Assembly: GCA_001820875.1 (NCBI GenBank)
Contig: MHRF01000013.1
Span: 9,992-73,991 of the forward strand
DNA: 64,000 bases
Direction of reading: 5' to 3'
Origin: Candidatus Taylorbacteria bacterium RIFCSPHIGHO2_01_FULL_46_22b
Lineage (GTDB): Bacteria; Patescibacteriota; Minisyncoccia; Phycocordibacterales; DSPV01
In this document: piece after piece, positions 38,174-45,661 of the stretch
How positions within the stretch are numbered: the stretch's first letter is position 1
Layout of the letters: each line of letters opens with the position of its first letter
The notes under the pieces: generated by a model
What the model was told of the DNA's origin: nothing
Seen by the model: the letters and a program-made list of their open reading frames with translations, nothing else
Databases searched by the model: none
Made by a program: the position numbers and the translations under genes

Positions 38174-38984
38174 CTTTCACTGGTTTTTTAACAGATATTT
38201 TTGTTTTTGTTCCCACAAGCGCACGAAATGCCTTTCCTGCTTCTTCGCGATACGAACAAAAATCACAAGGTCCTCCGCCAAACGACGTCCCTGCTTCGGG
38301 TATTTTTCCCCCGACCAACGTCTTATGCAGATCAGTAATTGCTTTTTCAACCCAATCATCTTTACCTGTGTAAGCAATCAGTTTCACATCAAATTCAAGT
38401 TTGCCATCAAACGCTTCCGCATCAGAACGCCCATTTGCATACACAAAATAGCCCGTGTCAGAAACTTTAAAACCATTTTGCCTGAAAAGCCACTGATAAA
38501 TCTCAATTTGTCTTTTATATGAATCATACAGATCGTCAGTAGTGCTGGGTCCAATCTTTTTTGCAGTTGCTTTATAATCTACAATCACGAGTTCCTCATT
38601 TGGTTTTATCCACACATCATCGATACCCCCTCGAATAACAAGATTAGTAGGTTTGTGGTGATATTGAATACCTCGACGCAGGGCATCACGCCACTCCTCC
38701 ATCCGCACATCATTGAAAGGGATAGCGTCAACATCATATTTCTTTGCGAGCGGGTGTGGAGTGCCTGCAGTACGATGTACATCAAACTCACGCTTGAAGA
38801 GTTCGTCTACTGCGGTATTCAGAGTAAAGGATGGTCCTTGCGGACGTTTTACCCCAAGACGCGCATCCAGATAAAAACAGCGCGGACACTCCATAAATAG
38901 ATCGATTTTTGAACGGCTGATCTTGAACGGCTCGGAACTCTTAGGATCAAACGTCCGGCTCCACTTTTTTGCAAATGCGACCAT
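38121..38984 (-). CDS. Cas4-like PD-(D/E)xK nuclease with a 4-Cys (Fe-S type) arrangement, stand-alone
   Basis: N-terminal CPRC plus C-terminal CDFC. GGIDDV and IVDYK (D...D/ExK) motifs. No CRISPR array or other cas genes are nearby. Confidence 0.55.
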   Translation of the reverse strand: MVAFAKKWSRTFDPKSSEPFKISRSKIDLFMECPRCFYLDARLGVKRPQGPSFTLNTAVDELFKREFDVHRTAGTPHPLAKKYDVDAIPFNDVRMEEWRDALRRGIQYHHKPTNLVIRGGIDDVWIKPNEELVIVDYKATAKKIGPSTTDDLYDSYKRQIEIYQWLFRQNGFKVSDTGYFVYANGRSDAEAFDGKLEFDVKLIAYTGKDDWVEKAITDLHKTLVGGKIPEAGTSFGGGPCDFCSYREEAGKAFRALVGTKTKISVKKPVKVEKQEIVDDSKENKKLF

Positions 38985-39074
38985 GGCAAAAGTATACCAC
39001 CTCCTACTCTTTTCCTCCGTAAACGAAACGCCGCGGCCAGAGGCCGCGGCGGGAGAACCCTTCAGAAGTTTTGA

Positions 39075-39572
39075 TTACTCCTCTGAACCTGCATCCGGAA
39101 AAGTCTTAAACGTAGTTAATACTACTGATCCCTCATCTGTCGTGATCTGCTCGTCTTTCTTGGGATCAAATGCTCGATCTCCATTGTCTTTCCGAAGAAC
39201 TGCATAGTAACTCTGGCTTGGCAAAGTACCTCGAAGCAAATCAACATTGCCGTTCGCTGCATTTCCAGCGTCAAACAGTTGCGCACCAAGAATTCTTCCT
39301 GGCTGTTCATTGTCAGACTCATGAATCACCACCCACCCTGATTCGGTAAACCCTATTTTTTCGATTGCCACATTGACTCCCGCTGCCTGATCAGCAACTG
39401 TAATAAAATTACCCAGACTAACTATCTCCTCTTGGTTTACCTGATCATCTACTCCGCTGGGATTTGCGGTGTCGCTATCTTTGTTGACAACAATAAGCCA
39501 CGCCAAAGCAAAACCAACCACAAACGCGAGCGTTGCCACAATCACTGTCTTTTGATTATTATCCTGTTGCAT
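39075..39572 (-). CDS. Membrane-anchored hypothetical protein
   Basis: N-terminal TM VIVATLAFVVGFALAWLIVV. Acidic extracytoplasmic domain. Confidence 0.4.
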   Translation of the reverse strand: MQQDNNQKTVIVATLAFVVGFALAWLIVVNKDSDTANPSGVDDQVNQEEIVSLGNFITVADQAAGVNVAIEKIGFTESGWVVIHESDNEQPGRILGAQLFDAGNAANGNVDLLRGTLPSQSYYAVLRKDNGDRAFDPKKDEQITTDEGSVVLTTFKTFPDAGSEE

Positions 39573-39601
39573 GCGATTCTCCTTACTAATTTATTAAAAT
39601 A

Positions 39602-40441
39602 TCATCTTCCGCATAGAGCTTCGGCTTCAGCGGCGATGGTAGTGACCTTTTCTCTTTTTATTCCTAACTCAATTAATTTGGATTGGGAATCAAGAATTTG
39701 ACTACAAAGTACCATATCGTTGTTTAAAAGCAACTCTCGCTCTTCTTTGGTAAGACTGGGAAGACAGGTCACGGGGTGAAGTCGAGAATCCTCTATTAAA
39801 TCCCTCATGCTTCCTTTTTCGGGATAATTCCACCCCACCATCTTTAATCCGGCACAAACACCAAACTTTATGGCGTTTTCAGTAAATTTGGTGTTAGTCA
39901 CGAGCCACCCTTCATCCAAAGGGCGTGCCTTCCCATAATCAAAGAGTTGCTCTGATAAATCATCAAAACGGGCTTTGACATACAGTGCAACTTTCACATC
40001 GCTCTTTTCTCCCATACGGTTGTGAAATTTTGATTCTACCATCACTAACTTATTTTCATTGTATGCAACTAAATCGACTTCATGCGGCACACACCTTCCT
40101 TGTAAAATTTGATCGTTTTTTACCTCAAATCCCTGACTAGCAAAAAGCTTCGCCAAAAATCGCTCGAACGGAAATCCAGTAGGACCCAGATCAATTAGGG
40201 CGCGGCGCAAACTGTAACGTCTTATCGCGCGCGGATTCTGGACGTCTTTCAAAACTGAAAAAGCGTGGCGGTAAATATGATCGGTAGTCATTCCATCTTC
40301 CAATTCTTTTGAAATATGTCTAAGTACGGCCTCAACTTGAGAATCCTCCGCACCGGCGCGCAAAAGCGACGCCCGCAACTTTCCTTCATCAAAAAACTCT
40401 CGCTCGCCGTTTGCCTTTATGATCTCAACTTGTTTTTGCAT
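39602..40441 (-). CDS. ATP-cone domain fused to a Mrr-like restriction-endonuclease (PD-(D/E)xK) domain
   Basis: N-terminal ATP-cone (IIKANGEREFFDEGKLRASL). C-terminal VDLVAY...VESK motif. Start taken at MQKQVEII. Confidence 0.55.
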   Translation of the reverse strand: MQKQVEIIKANGEREFFDEGKLRASLLRAGAEDSQVEAVLRHISKELEDGMTTDHIYRHAFSVLKDVQNPRAIRRYSLRRALIDLGPTGFPFERFLAKLFASQGFEVKNDQILQGRCVPHEVDLVAYNENKLVMVESKFHNRMGEKSDVKVALYVKARFDDLSEQLFDYGKARPLDEGWLVTNTKFTENAIKFGVCAGLKMVGWNYPEKGSMRDLIEDSRLHPVTCLPSLTKEERELLLNNDMVLCSQILDSQSKLIELGIKREKVTTIAAEAEALCGR

Positions 40442-40448
40442 GCCCCCA

Positions 40449-41570
40449 TTATACTGAAAGCGGTTCCAAAATCCCACCGCCAAGACATTGTTCGCCGTCA
40501 TACACCACAAGCGATTGCCCAAAGGCGAGTGCGTCCGGAACTTCCAAGAAAATGCATTTCTTTCCTCCTTCAGTAATCCGGCAACTCATCCGTCCCCCAT
40601 GATAGCGGATTTGAGATTCGTATTCTTTACTTGCGTCTGGAGCTGATCCAGAAATCCAATTGGTATCTGAAAGCAAAACCTCATTTTGCTTAAAAAATTC
40701 ACCTGCTTTTCTCGTTCCAACGGTAATTGTATTAGCGACCACATCTTTTGAGACAATATATCGAGGGATGTCATTCGTTCCCTTTTCGGTGATGATAAAT
40801 CCATGTCGTTCCCCGATAGTAAGAAACCATGCACCTTGATGTTGCCCAATTTTCTTCCCTGAAGTACCAAGGACATCTCCTTGTGTGGGTTGAATGTATC
40901 GCGAAAGAAAAGTTTTGATATCTACGTGGCCAATAAAGCAGAGACCTTGGCTGTCTTTCTTTTCTGCTGTCGGCAATTTAAATCTCCGTGCCAACTCGCG
41001 CACATCTCTCTTGTGCAATCCACCAACTGGAAATAGTGTTTGCGCTAGTTGAGTTTGGGTGAGTGTCCATAAAAAATACGACTGGTCTTTGGTAGAATCA
41101 ACACCAGCGAGTAGCGAATAGCGAATGGTATTTGGTTGTTTTTCTTCTCTATTCACTCCTCGCTCTTCGCTCTTTGCTACCTTCGCGTAATGCCCGGTGG
41201 CAACAAAATCAGCGCCTTCCGAAAGCGCCCAATTGAAAAACGCGCCAAACTTTATGAAACGGTTACACATCACATCAGGGTTCGGGGTTCTTCCTTTTTT
41301 ATATTCAGAAATCAAGTGATCAACCACCTCTTGTTTATATGCATCAGTCAAATCAATTTCCTTGTAGGGAATACCTAGATGGGCGCAGACACGCATTGCA
41401 TCCAGCCGATCTTCTTTAGAAGTGCACTCAGTCCATTCGGGACTCCAAATTTTTATGAAAACTCCTGTAACATCATATCCCTGCTGTTGAAGCAGGGCGG
41501 CAGAAACGGAAGAGTCAACTCCTCCTGATAATCCGACGAACACTTGGCCTTGACTAGTCACGGACAGCAT
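40449..41570 (-). CDS. mnmA: tRNA-specific 2-thiouridylase
   Basis: PP-loop VFVGLSGGVDSSVSAALL. Conserved Cys pair. Confidence 0.9.
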   Translation of the reverse strand: MLSVTSQGQVFVGLSGGVDSSVSAALLQQQGYDVTGVFIKIWSPEWTECTSKEDRLDAMRVCAHLGIPYKEIDLTDAYKQEVVDHLISEYKKGRTPNPDVMCNRFIKFGAFFNWALSEGADFVATGHYAKVAKSEERGVNREEKQPNTIRYSLLAGVDSTKDQSYFLWTLTQTQLAQTLFPVGGLHKRDVRELARRFKLPTAEKKDSQGLCFIGHVDIKTFLSRYIQPTQGDVLGTSGKKIGQHQGAWFLTIGERHGFIITEKGTNDIPRYIVSKDVVANTITVGTRKAGEFFKQNEVLLSDTNWISGSAPDASKEYESQIRYHGGRMSCRITEGGKKCIFLEVPDALAFGQSLVVYDGEQCLGGGILEPLSV

Positions 41571-41814
41571 GATATCACAGTCATGTATGTTCTCTCAACA
41601 ACTCCAAACTCCGAGGTTTATGCCAAACACAAAACCCTTTCCACCTCTCGCCTTGCAACTTGGTGTTTTTGTCATCGCAATCATCCTCTTCACACTTCTT
41701 ATCAAGGTGGACGGGGAATTGTCATGGACTATGGCCGTGGGACACACTGTGCTCTACTGGTCAATGCTCGGAGGATTTCTCCTCTGGGCCCGACGACTCT
41801 CAAACAACAACTGA
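41569..41814 (+). CDS. Small 2-TM membrane protein in a GC-rich patch
   Basis: LALQLGVFVIAIILFTLLI and VLYWSMLGGFLLW helices. Local GC is clearly above the flanks. Confidence 0.35.
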   Translation: MISQSCMFSQQLQTPRFMPNTKPFPPLALQLGVFVIAIILFTLLIKVDGELSWTMAVGHTVLYWSMLGGFLLWARRLSNNN

Positions 41815-41827
41815 ACCCACCTGCACT

Positions 41828-42118
41828 ATGAGCAAACCGAGCAACGTAAAAGTGATCAATCTCGTGCTTAACGGACCCGTCAACCGGAGGCTACAAATCG
41901 AGCGAGAGATACGTCTCGACAAATGCGAACAACAAGGTCTCGCGATCAATGGACGCGAACTTTGTACCGGCAACAACTGCATGGACGTCGCCGTTGTTGA
42001 GGTCAATTCTGTAGGGGTTGCGTTCTGCCGACAAATTGGCAGCGATCCCACCACAGAGGAAGAGCTGCTGGAGGCTGGGTGGCACCCAGTCACGCTGACC
42101 CCAGCGTTCACGGGCTGA
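41828..42118 (+). CDS. Small Cys-containing protein (97 aa) in a GC-rich patch
   Basis: MSKPSNVKVINLVLNG... with 5 Cys (DKCEQQ, ELCTGNNCMD, AFCRQ). Followed by a strong terminator. Confidence 0.35.
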   Translation: MSKPSNVKVINLVLNGPVNRRLQIEREIRLDKCEQQGLAINGRELCTGNNCMDVAVVEVNSVGVAFCRQIGSDPTTEEELLEAGWHPVTLTPAFTG

Positions 42119-42139
42119 TCCTTCTTCCGCACACACCAC

Positions 42140-42183
42140 GCCGCTCTTCACCTCTGAAGGCGGCTGGTTCTTTTTCTTTTTTC
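42140..42183 (+). terminator. Rho-independent terminator closing the GC-rich plus-strand mini-cassette
   Basis: GCCGCTCTTCA-CCTC-TGAAGGCGGC, then TGGTTCTTTTTCTTTTTT. Confidence 0.7.
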
Positions 42184-42185
42184 AG

Positions 42186-43181
42186 CTACCGTAAGTACTT
42201 ATTTTTATTTGCGACATGTTGGTCGTGAGTGATTCCGTAGTGCATCACTCCCTCTTTATCCGAAAGGAAATAATAATATTTGCTTTCAATCGGCGTCACC
42301 GCAGCACGCAAAGAATCCAACCCTGGATTTGAAATCGGAGTTGGCGTCAATCCTCTGTATTTATAGGTATTGTAGGGCGAATCAATTTTTAAATCATCAA
42401 GCGAAAGCTGAAACGTATTTTTCCCATTCACATACTGAAACGTACAATCAATTTGAAGTGGCATCCCCTCATCGAGTCGCTTCCAAAGAATACCTGATAT
42501 CATTCGGCGCGTCTGGGTCAATCGAGCTTCCTCTTCAAGATACGAGGCCATCTTTACGACATCTGCCACGGGACGTCCAAATGAAGCAATCTCATTTGAA
42601 ATTGAATTAATCTTATTCTGGAAATTTTGTTCCATGGCGTCAATTATCTCGGGCGCTTTCACTGTAGGCAAAAAATAATATGTGTCAGGGAAAAGGTACC
42701 CTTCTTTTCCGTGTGCCAATTTGATGAATGCCATAGAATCAAATTCGCTAAACGCTTTTGAAGCAAGTTCTGCAATTTGAAATATATTGCTCCCTTCGGG
42801 CACCGTCAACGAAACAGGTTTCAGGCCAAAAACTCCGCGTGATATCCGATAACTGATGGCAAATACAGAACTGGGTTCTGATACGTAATAGGAGCCTGAC
42901 AATACTCCGTTGTCCGGATTAAACAGAGAAACCGCAATCCTGAATAAAAGCGGAGATTTGATGACATGGCGATCTTTAAGATATTGCGCAACTGAACTGA
43001 TGCTGGTGTTTTCGCGGACAGTCAGCAGACTATTAACTGGAAAACTTGACGGCGCCGATGATTCAATCAGAAACAAGATAAAAAGAGCTGCTAGGGTAAT
43101 CCAAAATCCGCGCCGAAATTGGCGAGACCCACGCCATAATGAAATCATCTTTGGAAAAAAAGAGAGAAGCGAGCTCCACAT
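42186..43181 (-). CDS. mltG: Endolytic murein transglycosylase MltG (YceG-like)
   Basis: N-terminal TM. YceG-like domain with the conserved YYFLSDKEGVMHYGITHDQH C-terminal region. Confidence 0.8.
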   Translation of the reverse strand: MWSSLLSFFPKMISLWRGSRQFRRGFWITLAALFILFLIESSAPSSFPVNSLLTVRENTSISSVAQYLKDRHVIKSPLLFRIAVSLFNPDNGVLSGSYYVSEPSSVFAISYRISRGVFGLKPVSLTVPEGSNIFQIAELASKAFSEFDSMAFIKLAHGKEGYLFPDTYYFLPTVKAPEIIDAMEQNFQNKINSISNEIASFGRPVADVVKMASYLEEEARLTQTRRMISGILWKRLDEGMPLQIDCTFQYVNGKNTFQLSLDDLKIDSPYNTYKYRGLTPTPISNPGLDSLRAAVTPIESKYYYFLSDKEGVMHYGITHDQHVANKNKYLR

Positions 43182-43186
43182 ATAAT

Positions 43187-44467
43187 TTAGACTGGAAGAT
43201 TTGAAGGTGCTTCAGAACGGCGAGAATCAATGCGTGAAAGCGCGGGCGTTCGCGCAACCCTCCCTGGGAAATGATAGATAGTCGCCAATTCTTCAGTAGT
43301 CATAATAAAGGGGTGGCAATGAAAATCCTTAAAGGGTTCATGGAAACCCGATCGAAGTTTGTATGCCCGCAACATTTCTCTCTCGGCAGCAGTGCGCCGA
43401 ATGCGTCTGAAATCCATCCATGGATAATCAAAATCGGTAAACCATCCAAGTTTCAACCCATTGAGATAATTCGAACTGTATTGTTTGACACTTCCGATAA
43501 GCCCTGGAATTGCGGCAGGGTCAGGTGGGCCGGCAGGACATATATAAAATGCGCGGATAATCGTGTCGAACGCATGTTTTTCAATACTCCGTTCAATCGC
43601 CTGTATCTTTGTATCTTGGCCTTTGGTGAGCATTCCAAACACCCCCGGTTGACCAACACCAGCTTCTTTTCGTATGCGGGCAATCTCATATTTTGCCTCA
43701 TTTTTCCAATCTTTCGTCCGAAATAGATGCCCTTGCATAATACTTTTCTGTTTATGACCTTGAATGAGTATTTGTATCCACACTTGCTCATCTCTTTTCA
43801 TAGAACCGAGATACTCAAGTACGGCAGTAATGGGATCAACCTTCATCTCTTCTTCGGTGTTTTCATTATCCAATTTGTAATCAACATATGATTTTATCGG
43901 ATAGACATCTTTTTCGGTGAGCTTGAAATAACACCCCCACATAAAAAATCGGGAGAGATCGTGTACCACAGCGTTGGTATAATCTTCTGCATCATAGAGT
44001 TCAACATCAGGATATTGCGCATAGAGTTGCGCTTGTACAATGTTTTTGAATTTTCCCGGACCCCAGATAAAGAAACGTATCTGACCGTTGATGGAAACCA
44101 TCTCAAGAGAAAACCATGGCTGAATCTTTCCGAGCCAAAAAGTTTCTATATAGGTTGAAGCTGGTTTCTGCCATAAAGCGAACAGGAATGTCTCCATGGC
44201 AAGGGGGGTCTTCATAATTTCTTTAGGAATCTTTACCTCAAACAAAAAAGAACCCATGTGTTCGATATACTCGGATTGAATATAGTTAAGCCATGTACGC
44301 AAAAAAATGACGCCAAGAAACACAGGCATCCACCAATATATGTATGTGTACAAAACTTCCCCGATAAACCAGAGAATCGAGAAAAGCGCAGAAAATTGGC
44401 TCTTAAGAAGTTCGAGCACCATAGAGATACTATACAACAGCAAAAAGGTAAATTCTAGGGAAAACAA
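43187..44467 (-). CDS. Hypothetical membrane protein (3 N-terminal TM helices plus a soluble domain of about 330 aa)
   Basis: ORF only. FTFLLLYSISMVLELL, ALFSILWFIGEVLYTYIYWWMPVFLGVIFL helices. Confidence 0.5.
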   Translation of the reverse strand: MFSLEFTFLLLYSISMVLELLKSQFSALFSILWFIGEVLYTYIYWWMPVFLGVIFLRTWLNYIQSEYIEHMGSFLFEVKIPKEIMKTPLAMETFLFALWQKPASTYIETFWLGKIQPWFSLEMVSINGQIRFFIWGPGKFKNIVQAQLYAQYPDVELYDAEDYTNAVVHDLSRFFMWGCYFKLTEKDVYPIKSYVDYKLDNENTEEEMKVDPITAVLEYLGSMKRDEQVWIQILIQGHKQKSIMQGHLFRTKDWKNEAKYEIARIRKEAGVGQPGVFGMLTKGQDTKIQAIERSIEKHAFDTIIRAFYICPAGPPDPAAIPGLIGSVKQYSSNYLNGLKLGWFTDFDYPWMDFRRIRRTAAEREMLRAYKLRSGFHEPFKDFHCHPFIMTTEELATIYHFPGRVARTPALSRIDSRRSEAPSNLPV

Positions 44468-44468
44468 A

Positions 44469-44496
44469 ACCCCGAGCAGACGCTCGGGGTTTTGTT
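44469..44496 (-). terminator. Terminator hairpin between the sigma-r4 protein gene and the membrane protein gene
   Basis: CCCCGAGC-AGAC-GCTCGGGG with a T-run. Confidence 0.7.
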
Positions 44497-44497
44497 T

Positions 44498-45529
44498 TTA
44501 AACTACTATAGAGTATTTTCCGTCTTTGTCTTTCTTGAAATATTTCTGGTTCTGCAAATTGACGATAATAGTGTTTTCCTTGACATAGCGCTCTTTGAGC
44601 ACCTTGTCGATCACCTCTTCTTTTGAAAGAGACCCGTTCTTTTCAAGGACTTTCCGGATGACATCCCGTACTACCCCTGACACATACCCCCATTCAGAAA
44701 GAGCATACAATCCCCTGCCAACCAGAACAAAACGCGGATCTTTGATGAGTTCGTTATGCGTAGTTGCTACATGCGCCTTCTTGCCAAACAATTGCGTAAT
44801 TGATTTTGCCACATCGCGGAAATGAATTGGCGAACCATGTCGGCGCAATACCAAGAATGCATAATCTCGCATGCCTTTTGCGCGAATATTCGGTGATGAG
44901 GCAAGTCCCCATTCACCCAGCGGATTCTTCCCTATGGTTTTAGTCATTGAGAGCCAGCGCTTGAGCACTTCTTCATTTTTATATTTTTCGGAGACATCCT
45001 TGAGGTGTTCCAAAAACGCCGCGACCATGTCCGCTTCAGGAATAATGTCATTGTCTTTCAGATTTTTATACAAGCGACGGAGCGATTCATGCACACTTCG
45101 CGAGAGATCTTGGTCAATGTGCCAACGGTGATAAAAGGTGTCATCTTCTTTTTCTCTGAAAAAAGACTCTCCAAGCACCAGCATAAACATGACGTTATTC
45201 TGGAGCGTTTTATCTTTGGTCATATGCATAAGCAAATCCTTTTCTGCAATGATACCCCCAAGAGAATCAACAATCTTTTCAAGCTCCTCAAATGAAGGAA
45301 CTTCCTTCTTAAATTGATCCGACTTCCGAATGTTATGTAAAGCGTAGTTCTCAATCTGACGAACACGTTCACGGGTAATACCATAACGCTGACCAATCGA
45401 TTCAAGCGTCTGGCGTTCAGAACTCTTTCCCAATCCGTAGCGAGCAATAATCACTTCACGCGCCCGTTCGGGAAGCACCACGAGAAGCCTCTTTACTACC
45501 TGCTTCGGTTTCATCTTCATGGAAACCAT
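44498..45529 (-). CDS. Putative transcription factor: N-terminal sigma-70 region 4-like HTH plus a C-terminal HARE-HTH-like winged helix
   Basis: LPERAREVIIARYGL...TLESIGQRYGITRERVRQIENYAL is sigma region 4.2-like. C-terminal GSPIHFRDVAKSITQLFGKK...TTHNELIKDPRFVLVGRGLYALSEWGY resembles the HARE-HTH of the RNAP delta subunit. Confidence 0.5.
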   Translation of the reverse strand: MVSMKMKPKQVVKRLLVVLPERAREVIIARYGLGKSSERQTLESIGQRYGITRERVRQIENYALHNIRKSDQFKKEVPSFEELEKIVDSLGGIIAEKDLLMHMTKDKTLQNNVMFMLVLGESFFREKEDDTFYHRWHIDQDLSRSVHESLRRLYKNLKDNDIIPEADMVAAFLEHLKDVSEKYKNEEVLKRWLSMTKTIGKNPLGEWGLASSPNIRAKGMRDYAFLVLRRHGSPIHFRDVAKSITQLFGKKAHVATTHNELIKDPRFVLVGRGLYALSEWGYVSGVVRDVIRKVLEKNGSLSKEEVIDKVLKERYVKENTIIVNLQNQKYFKKDKDGKYSIVV

Positions 45530-45661
45530 TGTGTGTGAAATAAAATAGTAATACTACCTTTGGTACTCTAACTCAAAAACAATCTATAGTATCAATTCTG
45601 CATACTCTTGAAATATTGTCAAGAAGCCCCTTGACATTGACAATAATTTTAGAGAAATCCC

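Noticed and set aside
37917-38522. 201-aa plus-strand ORF
   Set aside because: Antisense to the MGMT-like and Cas4-like genes. Phe/Arg-rich low complexity.
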